Source of the DNA: Mobula hypostoma
Taxonomy: Eukaryota
DNA: 64,000 bases
Direction of reading: 5' to 3'
NCBI RefSeq assembly: GCF_963921235.1
Contig: NC_086097.1
Span: forward strand, 180,670,001-180,734,000
Under the pieces are notes generated by a model. It was not told where the DNA came from. It did no database searches and saw only the letters and a list, made by a program, of their open reading frames with translations. This document shows, one piece after another, positions 26,008 through 37,829 of this stretch. Every line of letters begins with the position of its first letter. Position 1 is the stretch's first letter. A program made the position numbers and the translations under genes.

Positions 26008-26670
26008 GTGGAAAGTGGGGCGATGGGTTGTCCAGGGGAAGGGGGTGATGGGGAATCTGGGAGTGAGGGGAGGGACGGGTAAAGGGGTGTCCGGGGGGTA
26101 AGGGGGTGATGGGGAATCTGGGAGTGAGGGGAGGGATGGGCGATGGGGTGTCTGGGGGAGGAAGGAGTCACAGAGCAATAGGTTGTCTGGAGAATGGGCA
26201 ATGGGCTGTCTAGGGGAAGAAGGAGGGGGTTGTGAGGTGGGGCATCCGGGAAGCAAGGACGGGATGGATGGGATTTCCTTGGGGGTAGGGGCCGGGGCAG
26301 TACGGTTTACAACACCAGCAAATGGGTACAATTCGTGCCGCTATCTGTAAGGAATTTGTACATTCTCCCTGTGACCATGTGGGTTTCCCAGGGTGCTCCC
26401 CCCACGCGGGTGCCAGAAACACGGCGATTCTTGTGGGCTGCTCCCAGCACATATTCAAGATTGGTCATTGTAACGGTGTATTTCACGGCATGTTTCAATG
26501 TAAATGTGACAAATAAAATCAGTCTTTAGATGCTCACTGGGGAGGAGATCCTGGTGTAGGATGGTACTGAGAGATATCAGCGGGAGAGAGGAGTGCCTTT
26601 GTGGGGAAGGGAGAGGACTGGGAGTGAATGTGGGATGGATGGTGATTGACCTCTGACCTCTGACGTGCAG

Positions 26671-26793
26671 CAAAAGCGGAAGCTTCGGCTGTACATCTCC
26701 AACACCTTTAACCCCGCACGCTCAGACGCCGAGGATTCAGACAGCTGCATCGCCTCCTGGGAACTGCGAGTGGAGGGAAAGCTTCTGGAGGAT
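26671..26793 (+). CDS. SMARCD3: SMARCD3 exon 5 ([41 protein letters not shown])
   Basis: Acceptor gtgcag, donor gtgagt; 123 nt; not in the ORF track, translated by hand. Confidence 0.96.
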
Positions 26794-27621
26794 GTGAGTG
26801 TTTCGGGGGTAGGGGAGGCCTTTCTATCCCTCTAGACTACTCCACTGCTCACAGCTGGACCTCTGTCTCAGCTCCATCTTCCCACACGATTCCTATTTAC
26901 CTTTGAGCATAGATTACATACAACACATAGAGCACAGAACATGGAACAGACAAGTTCAGAGTAAATCTATTATCAAACTACGTATACGTTACCATATACT
27001 ACCTTTCAGATTCATTTTCTTGCAGACATTCACAGGAAGAATGAAGAATTTATGAACAACTATACAGCAATAAACAACCAATGTGCAAAAGAAGATAGAC
27101 TGTGCAAGTAAAAATTAATACCAAGAACATGAGTCATAAAGAACAAGTCCGTTCAGCCCATCAGTTTGTGCTGAGTTAAATTAAGGCCAACTCAAAGCCC
27201 AAGAGCCCAACTAAACTAATCCCTTCTCCCTACACAATATCCATAATCCTTCCATTCTTTGTACATTCGTGTGCCCATCTAAGAGTCCCTTGAACACCTC
27301 TATCATACCTTCCTCCACCGCCACTCCTGGTAGCACATTCCAGGTACCCATCACTCTCTATGTGAAAAGAAAAACTTGCCCCGCGCGTCTCTTTGAACAC
27401 CTTAAATGCATGCCCTCTGGTATTAGATATTTCAACCCTGGGGGAAAAAAACTGCTGACTGTACCCTATCTATGCCCCGTGTAATCTTATAAACCTCTAT
27501 CAGATCTCCCCTCAGCTTCTGGCACTTTGGAGAAAACAACCTAAATTTGTCCAACCTCTCTTTTTAGCTCATGCCCTCTAATCCAGGCAGCATCCTCGTG
27601 AACAACTTCTGCACCCTCTCC

Positions 27622-28253
27622 CAGACATCCCACCCTGCAAAAACTCATTTCAGGGAGGTAGCACCCCCACCCCCCCGCAACCCCATATTCCACCACCCCC
27701 CTCCCCGTCAACCTCCAAGGGTGTATGTAGTACTTTGTTCAGTGATTTTGTCTAACCTGTAAATCAAGTTGGGTATATGCAGAACATGTGACATTAAAAT
27801 ATGTACTTATGTTATATTATCATGTTTATTCTATTACAACTTTAAGCAAGTCTACAGGGAGTTTGGCCTCATCTCGTAGGACATCAAGAGAGTAGCTCCC
27901 TAGCAGCTAGCCAACTAGTTTAAATAATGTTAGCTATGCTAATGAACGAATGACACCTGTTAAACTCACCTCAACATATCTTTTACATTTTAACCCACCA
28001 TGGGCAATGGAAAAGTCACTGTAGCAAACAGTGCAGCGAGCAACCCTGACATTATTTTTGAGGTAGACTGTAAAGCCCGGCCACAGAGAAAACTGATAGG
28101 TCTGCTTAGCACGAAGAGAGACCAATCAGGATGTTTCCCCTCTCCCTCTCCAAAAATCGATTTCCGAGATATTGTATATAATTTCCGGGCGTCAGGGAGC
28201 TACTATCAATATGCGGGAGACTCCCGGAACTTCCTGGAGAGGTGGGATGTCTG
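27622..28253 (-). mobile_element. Non-autonomous hAT DNA transposon with BED-finger remnant, inserted in a CR1
   Basis: Perfect 13-bp TIRs CAGACATCCCACC / GGTGGGATGTCTG; ctctcc duplicated on both flanks; internal ARCTVCYSDFSIAHGG. Confidence 0.85.
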
Positions 28254-29503
28254 CTCTCCCAAGCCTCCACATCTTTCCTATAATGGATGACCAGGACTGA
28301 ATGCAATATTCCAAATGCAGCCTAACTAGAGTTTTATAAACCTGCAACATAGCTTCCCAACTCTTGAACTCAGTTCCTTGACTAATAAGCACAAGCCTGC
28401 CATTTGCCAGTTTTACCAAATTTCTAGAACTTAATTCCAGAAAACTAATATAGAATAATCACAGCAATTGAACCTCCACTGCTCTGCAGGCAAAGAATTC
28501 CAGAAATTCACCACCCTCAGTGTAAAGGAATTTCTCCCAATCCCTGTTCCTGATACCCTTACTTGGAGACCATGACCATGATCCAAAACTCTTCCGTTGG
28601 AGGAAACACCCTCCCTTTCGAACGCTGTAAAAAGCTTAAGTGAGGTCTCCTCATGTTCAAGTTCAATCACACCTCATCCAGAAAACAATCTGACCGGTGA
28701 ATTTTCACTGCTATCTCTATACTCTCTATATTCCTTGGGTAAGGAGAACAGAAATGGCCGTAGCAACCAGGTGTGGTCTCTTGAAGGCCCTGTCTAATTT
28801 CTATTAGGCATTTGACTCCTGAGTTCAATCTTCTGATAAGAAGAGCTAATGTACCATTCGTCTTTCTGTTTGTTTCTGCACTGGCATGGCACAGTTCAGT
28901 GACTTGAGTACAAGGGCATAGGCAGAGAGGGTACAGCATCGCAGTAAAGGGATGTCCCTTTAGAACTGAGATGAGGAGGAATGTCTTTAGCCCAAGGGTG
29001 GTGAATCTGTGGAATTCATTGCCACAGAGGTCTGTGAGGCCAAGTCATTGAGTATATTTACCCAATTTCCCTCGGGATCAATAAAGTATATATATCTATC
29101 TATCTTAAGGCAGAAATTGGTAGGTTCTTGATGGATAAGGGTGTGAAGGGTGACTTGGGGGAGAAGGCAGGAAAATGTGGCTGAATAGTTTTGAAAAGAA
29201 ATTTCCCAGACTTATATGCAAAGAAATTCCCACACTGTGCCCCTCACAGGATGACCTTCCCTCAGTACCACCCTTCCCACAATGCAACATTTCCTCAGTA
29301 ACAGCCTCCCACAGTGTAAAACACCTTAAATACTGCCCCGTCCAGAGTGTAGCCCTCCTTCAATACTGCCACTCCCAGTGAGATTACTGCCCACTCTCTA
29401 CTACATGTGGCTGACTCTCTGCCTGAATAGGACTCTGTCTATTCACTGAATTGGCCCTTCGCTGTGGGTAACTGCAGTTTTGACTGAGTATGTTTTGTTG
29501 TAG

Positions 29504-30195
<692 letters not shown>

Positions 30196-31626
30196 TGGCT
30201 GCCATACCCTTCCTGTCTTTCTAACCCCTTCCCTCTCTTACACCCTTCCTCTGTGACTCCCTACATCCCTTCTCATCTCTGTGACTCCTTCAGATCCTCT
30301 ACCACTCCCTGTCTCTATAAACCCCTCCAGCCCATGCACCCCTTTCTGTCTCTTAATCCCCCATGGCCCCTGTCTCTGTGACCCCCCCCCATGCCCTTAC
30401 ACCCCTCCCTGCCTCTAACCCCCTTTGGCACCTATGCTGTCTCTGTAACCCCTCTAGTTCCAGCCTCTGACCCTGCCCTCAGTGTACATCTCATTCAGAA
30501 CTCAGGCATCACACCCTCCCATCCACCCCTGATCCAGTAAGCTCCCAGGATCACCGAGAGCTGCCCCCTCCCTCCCGACTGGCTTAGGGTCAGCTCCTTT
30601 GTGAAGGATCAGGATGTTTGGCATTGTTCCTGGTGCTGTACGAAAGTTGTGGCATCTCTGGTATCTGAAGTTATGTTCCCAGAGCGGGGAGATCCTGGAA
30701 GCTGGGATGAGCTGTAAGGTAACTTGTCGGCAGGTGGGTGTAGCCCCTCAGTGCTCTGTCGGTTGTGATGGTAGTGGCACACAGAACGGGGCAGCAGACC
30801 ACAGTGACAACAGTAGTACATAGAACACTTGACATCAGGCTCGCTGGTGTGACATGTTGTTCCCGCACCCTGTGCACCCCGCTCCGAATTAAACCAAAGG
30901 CTTTACGCACTGTGGTGATAAACGTGAACGATGCTGGAAAAACAGTTCTCAGATCTGAACATCCAACAGTACAGCACAGGAAAGACCCTTCGGCCCACAG
31001 TGTCTGTGCTAAGCACAATGCCAGATTAAACTAAATCCTGTCTGCTTGTACACGATCTCCATTGCTCCATTCCCGACATATTTATGGGCCTATCTCATAG
31101 TGTATTAAACACCACCAGCGTATCTGCCTCTACCACCGCCCTGGCAGCCTGTTCCAGATACCCACCACGATCTGTAATAAAAACTTACCCCACACATCTC
31201 ATCTCTTTTAGACTACCCCTCTGACCTTAAATGCATATCTAGGAGTTGACATTTCTACCCTGGGGGAAAAGACTGACTGTCTCCTCCGTCTCTGCCTTTT
31301 ATAATTTTATAAACTTTAATCAGGTCTCTCCTCACCCTCCAATGTTCCAGGGAAAACGGAACAAGTTTGTCCAACCTCTCCTTATAGATCACGCCTCTAA
31401 TCCAGGCAGCATCCTGGAGAACCTCTTCTGCACCCTCTCCAAAGTGTACTGAACGGGGGGGGGTGATCAGGAGCATCCAACAGGGTCAGGGAGAGGTGCG
31501 AAGCTTCCTGTAGTTGAATATCTCCTCCTGTCACCGGACCCAAACCATAGGGTGTGGTGGGGTATTGGGTGGGGGTTGTTGGTTTGATGGGGAGGGGATT
31601 GCCTCATTATGTTGCTGTCTGTGCAG

Positions 31627-31728
31627 TGGCACCGGACGCCCAGCACCCAGGAGACTGATGGCTTCCAGGTGAAGAGGCCGGGAGACGTCAGTGTCCGCTG
31701 CACCCTGCTGCTCATGCTGGATTACCAG
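31627..31728 (+). CDS. SMARCD3: SMARCD3 exon 7 ([34 protein letters not shown])
   Basis: Acceptor gtgcag, donor gtgggg; 102 nt; WHRTP is diagnostic of the D3 paralogue. Confidence 0.97.
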
Positions 31729-32439
31729 GTGGGGCCTGGGGTGAGGGTCAGGGCCTGTGGGGGGCCAGGATGCGAGCTCTGTGGGATCAGTGAGCCGGGT
31801 CTGTGGAGTTGTGAGAGTGTGGGGCCTGTGGGTGGGGAAGTGAGTCGGGGGGGGCGCGGATTCACAAATCACAGTGGGATGATGGTGACAGGTTTGTGTG
31901 TGGGTGTTGCAGTTTTCTGAAGGGCTATGGTGACAAGATTTGAGTGACAGTGTTGTGTGTGAGTAGTGGATGATTTTGTTGGCTGGGTGATGACAGTATT
32001 GTGTGACGCAGGTGATTGCTGAGGGATGGGCTGGGTAGGTGACAGGTTTGTTGTGTGAAGGATGTGATGACGGGTGTGTGACAAGGATGAGTGAGAAGGG
32101 GACTGGGTGACAAAGATAGGTGGGTGACAGCTGGTGGCTGGAGAAGTGTGTGATGCGGGTGGGTGCTGGGAGTGGCTGAGAAGAATAGGGGACAGGGATC
32201 CTGGGTGCAAGGGGTGGGTTCTAGGTGTGCTGGGTGACAGGGAACCTGGGTGCTGGAGGGTATGTGATGGGGTGGGTCCTAGGTGTGCTGGGTGACAGGG
32301 ATCCTGGGTGCAATGGGTGGGTTCTGGGGGTGGCTGAGGAGAATAGGGGACAGGGATCCTGGGTGCTGGAGAGTGTGTGATGGGGTGGGTTCTGGGGGTG
32401 GTGGGTGATTCACTTGGTTAACACCTCCCACCCTTGCAG

Positions 32440-32601
32440 CCCACCCAGTTTAAGCTGGATCCCCGCTTGGCCCGACTGCTGGGGATTCACACCCAGACAC
32501 GATCGGCCATCGTCCAGGCCCTCTGGCAGTACATCAAAACCAACAAACTGCAGGACTCCCATGACAAGGAGTACATCAGCTGTGACAAGTACTTCCAGCA
32601 G
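32440..32601 (+). CDS. SMARCD3: SMARCD3 exon 8, SWIB/MDM2 domain ([54 protein letters not shown])
   Basis: Acceptor ttgcag, donor gtaact; 162 nt; SWIB motif LWQYIK-N-LQD. Confidence 0.97.
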
Positions 32602-32870
32602 GTAACTCCCACCACACTCCACTGGGGGCTGGGGGGTGGGGAGGTGGTGACTCTGGGAGTTTGAGAGAAGCAATAGGAAGGGTAGGTGTACAGAGAGGGG
32701 CTTCAGGTTGTGCGGGGAGGAAGGTTCTCCTACAGCTGAGCAGAAACCCCTTGGGAGGAGGGAACACCCAGGGTGTTCTTGCACTCTACCCTCACAGTGG
32801 TGTTGGGGAGGGTGTGGGTGAAGATGCTGGGCCCAACCTTACTGAATAAACCTCAACCTGAAACTGCAAC

Positions 32871-33120
32871 ACACAGAGTGAAGCTCCCTGCACACTGTCC
32901 CATCACACACTTTCAGGGTCAGACACAGAGTGAAGCTCTCTCATACTGTCCCATCACACACTTACAGGGTCAGACACAGAGTGAAGCTCTCTCACACTGT
33001 CCCATCACACACTTGTGGCATCAGATACAGAGTGAAGCTCCCCAAAACTGTCCCATCACACACTCAGTGGGGTCATACACAGAGTGAAGCTCCCCCAATA
33101 ATGATCCATCACATACTCCA
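32871..33120 (+). repeat. 51-52 bp satellite, about 5 copies
   Basis: acacagagtgaagctc starts at 32871, 32923, 32974, 33025 and 33077. Confidence 0.9.
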
Positions 33121-35666
33121 CAAAGTGTGAATTGACACATCTGGGAAGGATAATAAGATGAGGATACACCCAATACGTGGTAGGATCTTAAGGCATCACG
33201 GGGACCTTGATGTACAGGTCCAAGGACCTCAAGGTTGCACAGGTAGATTAAGTGATGAAGAAGGTGTACAAGGTCTTCATTAACTGGGGCATAAATTATT
33301 GGGGAGTTTCTGTACCAATCTGTAAGACATTAGTCAGGTTAGGGTACTGTGTGCCATTCTGGTTACCACATTATGGAAAGGACAAGACTGCATGGAGAGG
33401 GTGCAGAGGAATCTATCAGGATGTTACCTGGGATGAAGGAGAGACTGGTGGTGTTTTCCTTGAAGTGGAGGAGGCTTGGGGTGGGGACCTGATGGAGGTC
33501 TCAGTCTGAAATGTCAACTCTTCATCCACGTGCAAATTGGCACAGGGTTAAGAAGATCAGGGAGTTAAATGAGTGGCTCAAGGATTAGTGTGGGAGGAGT
33601 AGGTTTGAATTCATGGGAAACTGGCACAGTATTGGGGAAGGAGGGAGCTGTTCCACTGGGACAGGCTTCACCTGAACCGTGATGGGACCTCTATACTAGT
33701 GAATCGCATTACTAGGGCTGTGGATAGGGCTTTAAACTAAATAGCAGGGGAGTGGGTTCAACAGATTGGAGAAGTATGGATAAAGTAGAAGAGAAAAGTG
33801 TGGATAAAGATAAAGTAAAAGCAGAAGTTAAAAAAAAAGAAAAATAAGGGTGGAGTGAAGAAAACTCAAATGCATGAGAGACAAAGATTACTAGATTTTA
33901 AAGGCACAATGAGTGTAAGGGCATTTTAACTGAATGCCTGTAGTATTGGTAACTTGTGAACTTGTGGCACAAATCCGTATAAAGGGGTATGATTTAGTGG
34001 CCATTACAGAAATGTGGTTGCAGGGTGGAGAAGATTGGAATTAAATATCTAGAGATATCAGGTAATACAGAAGAATAGGCAGGAAGGTAAGGGAGGTGGG
34101 TAACGCTCCTAATTAAGGATAAGATCAGAGCGATAGTGAGAGACGATATAAGATCTAAGGAGCAGAGTGTTGAATCCATCTGGGTACAGATTAGGAGTAG
34201 TAAAGGGGAAAAAAATCACTGGTAGGAGTTGTCTATCAGCCACCGAATAGTAACATTACAGTGGCACAGACAATAAACCGAGAAATACCTGAGGCATGTA
34301 AGAATGGAACAGCAGTTATTGTGGGGGACGTTAATCTGCACTTAGATTGGGTGAATTAAATTGGTCGAGGCAGTCTTGAGGAGGACTTCATGGAATGCAT
34401 TTGTGATGACATTTTTGGACAGCATGTTACTGAACCTACAAGGGAATGTGCTATTTTAGATCTGGTCCTGTGCAATGAGACAGGTAAAATAAGCAATCTT
34501 GTAGATAGGGATTCTCTTGGAAAGAGTGATCACAGTATGATTGAGTTTCTCATACAAACGGAGGGTGCAATAGTTCGATCTAAAGGCAGTGTATTATGCC
34601 TAAACAAGGGACGCTACAATTGGATGAGGGAGAAGTTGGATAGGGTAGACTCGGAATAGAGGCTCTATGGTGGGACGGTTGAGGTACAGTGGAAGACTTT
34701 CAAATAAATTTTTCACAGTGCTCAACGAAAGTATATTCCAGTTAAAAACAGGACAGTAATGATGAGGAGAGCCAGCCATGGATAATTAAGGAGATAAAGG
34801 AAGGCATCAAACTAAAAGCTTATGTGTACAAAGTCACCAAGTGTAGTGGGAAACTGAAAGACTGGGAAAACTTAAAAAAGCAACAAAGAACCACAAAGCA
34901 AGCAATAAATAAAGAGAATATAGATTATGAAAATAAACTAGGACAAAATATAAAAACGGATAGTAAAAGTTTTTATAATTATATAAAGTGGAAAAGGGTG
35001 GCTAAAGTGAATGTAGGTCCCTTGGAGGACGAGAAGGGGAAATTGATGTTGGGTAATGAGGAAATGGACAAGGCTTTGAAGGACTCTTGTGTCAGTTTTC
35101 ACGGTAGAGGGTATGTCGAACATACCAAAGAGAGATGTTGTGGATACGATGGGAGGTGAGGACCTCAATACAATAGCTATCACTAAAGAGGTTGTGCTGA
35201 GCAAACTTCTGGGTCTAAAGATAGACGAGTCCCCTGGTCCTGATCGAGTGCATCCCAGGGTATGAAAGAAATGGCAGAGGTTATAGTTGAGGCTTTGGTG
35301 ATAACTTACCAAAATGCTCAGGACTCTGGGCAGATCCCAACGGATTGGGAGATGGCAAATGTCACGCCACTGTTCAAAAAAGGATGCAAGTAAAAGGCAG
35401 GTAACTATAGGCCCATTAGTATAACATCTGTATTGGAAAAATGCTTGAAGCTATCATTAAAGAAGAAATAGCGAGGCATCTGGAAGGAAATGGATCCATC
35501 AGGCAGACACAGCATGGATTCAGCAAAGGCAGGTCCTGTTTGACAAATTTACTGGAGTTCTTTGAGGATATAACAAGCACAGTTGGATTTCCAGAAGGCG
35601 TTCAATAAGGTGCCACATAAAAGACTTATCCATAAGATAAGGATGCATAGAGCTGGGAGTGATGTA

Positions 35667-37032
35667 CAAACCCCATTTCCAGAAAAGTTGGGATATTTTC
35701 CAAAATGCAATAAAAACAAAAATTTGTGATATGTTAATTCACATGAACCTTTATTTAACTGACAAAAGTACAAAGAAAAGATTTTTAATAGTTTTACTGA
35801 CCAACTTAATTGTATTTTGTAAACATACAGAAATTTAGAATTTGATGGCTGCAACACACTCAACGAAAGTTGGGACAGAGGCATGTTTACCATTGTGTTA
35901 CATCACCTTTCCTTTAATAATACTTTTTAATCATTATGGAACTGAGCATACTAATTGTAGTAGATTTGCAATTGGAAATTTTGTCCATTCTTGCTTGATA
36001 TAAGACTTCAGCTGCTCAACAGTCCTTGGTCTCCGTTGTCTGATTCTCCTCTTCATGATGCGCCATACATTTTCAATAGGAGATAGATCTGGACTGGCAG
36101 CAGGCCAGTCAAGCACACACACTCTGTGTCTACAAAGCCATGCTGTTGTAGCCCGTGCAGAATGTGGTCTGGCAATGTCCTGCTGAAATAAGCATGGACG
36201 TCCCGGGAAGAGACGTCGCCGGATGGCAACATATGTCTCTCTAAAATCCTAATATACGCCTCAGAGTCAATGGTACCTTCACGTACATGCAACTCGCCCA
36301 TGCCATAGGCACTGATGCACCCCCATACCGTCACAGATGCTGGCTTTTGCACCTTTCGCTGATAACAATCTGGATGGTCGTCTTCATCTTTGGCACGGAG
36401 AACTTGATGCCCGTTTTTTCCGAAATCTAGCTGAAACGTGGACTCATCTGACCACAGCACATAGTTCCACAGTCTTTCGGTCCATCTGCGATGAGCTCAG
36501 GCCCAGAGAACTCGCCGACGTTTCTGCATAGAATTGATGTATGGCTTCCTCCTTGCGTAATACAGTTTCAAGTTGCATTTCTGGATGCAGCGACGGACTG
36601 TGTTGAGTGACAATGGTTTTCCGAATTACTCCAGAGCCCAGGTGGCTATAATTGTCACAGTAGCATGACAGTTTCTTAGGCAGTGCCACCTGAGGGCTCG
36701 AAGATCACGCGCGTTCAACAGTGGTTTCCGACCTTGCCCTTTACGCACTGAGATGTCTCTGAATTCTCTGAATCTTTTCACAATATTATGTACAGCAGAT
36801 GTTGAAAGACCTAAATTCTCTGCAATCTTGCGTTGAGAAATGTTCCTTTTGAACTGATACTGGAATATTCTGTGCGCTTTTCAATCTTATTTTAACTGTC
36901 CCATCTTTTGTTGAGTGTGTTGCAGCCATCAAATTCTAAATTTGTGTATGTTTACAAAATACAATTAAATTGGTCAGTAAAACTATTGAAAATCTTTTCT
37001 TTGTACTTTTGTCAGTTAAATAAAGGTTCATG
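35667..37032 (-). mobile_element. Tc1/mariner transposon with frameshifted DD34E-type transposase and long TIRs (one truncated)
   Basis: TA then caaaccccatttccagaaaagttggga; WSDESTF, VWGCISAYG and DWPAASPDLSPIENVW; 36896-37032 is the inverted copy of about 35741-35878. Confidence 0.92.
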
Positions 37033-37829
37033 ATTTTGGCTTTTTTCTTAAAGATGCGCTGGGTGTGTCCCGGCTACCGCTGCATTCTCCGTGGCAATGT
37101 ATCAATCCGCGGCCCAGGGGGTTGGGGTGGTGGGACACTGGGGTGTCATTTCATCATCGTCTGTTTCCATCAGGGCAGGCAGGTCATCTTCTTCTATGTC
37201 TGCCTGCCTCGATGTCGAAGGTCAAGGTTCGTCATCTGCTGTGGTTGATGTGGAAGACTTGAAAAATGACAGTATGCTTGATTGCTTAGCCTCACGCATT
37301 TTTCTATCATCTCATGCAGTTGCTTCACGTTCATTTCCTGGACGACTTCACTTTCGGTCCATTCGCTACTGCATTCGGTTTCGATTGTTATCCTTTCCTC
37401 TTCCAATTGCATCAGCTCTTCATCTGTCAGTTCTTGGTCATGGGATGCCAAAACCTCTTCAACATCATCTTCATCAACTTCCACAAGCCAAACTTACTTT
37501 GTCCTTACTTCGTTCACCACGATCGAAACGCTTAATTATGTCTAGTTTTACACTAAGTGTCACACCCTTACGAGTTCTTTTAGGCTTTTCCGATACCTTA
37601 GAACTCATCTTGCTAACAGATGCTCACAGGCACGTGTTTAGGAATGCAGGCGAGAATGCAGTTCTGGGGGAGGAGCTTGGCTGCTCGGGGCGTGTGCTGC
37701 CTTTTATCATGCACTGCCTTTTTCGTAACAGTGAAAACACCTTCTGTTAGCGAAAACAGGTAACTAATGTAGGTCTTTCGTAACAGTGAGGTTTCGTAAA
37801 GCGCATGTTCGAAAAGCGGGGGACACCTG
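37033..37829 (-). mobile_element. Internally deleted pogo/Tigger-type transposon
   Basis: Ends ...gcgggggacacctg then TA; minus strand MSSKVSEKPKRTRKGVTLSVKLDIIKRFDRGE (CENP-B/psq HTH) joined to acidic C-terminal EVDEDDVEEVLASHDQELTDEEL. Confidence 0.85.
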
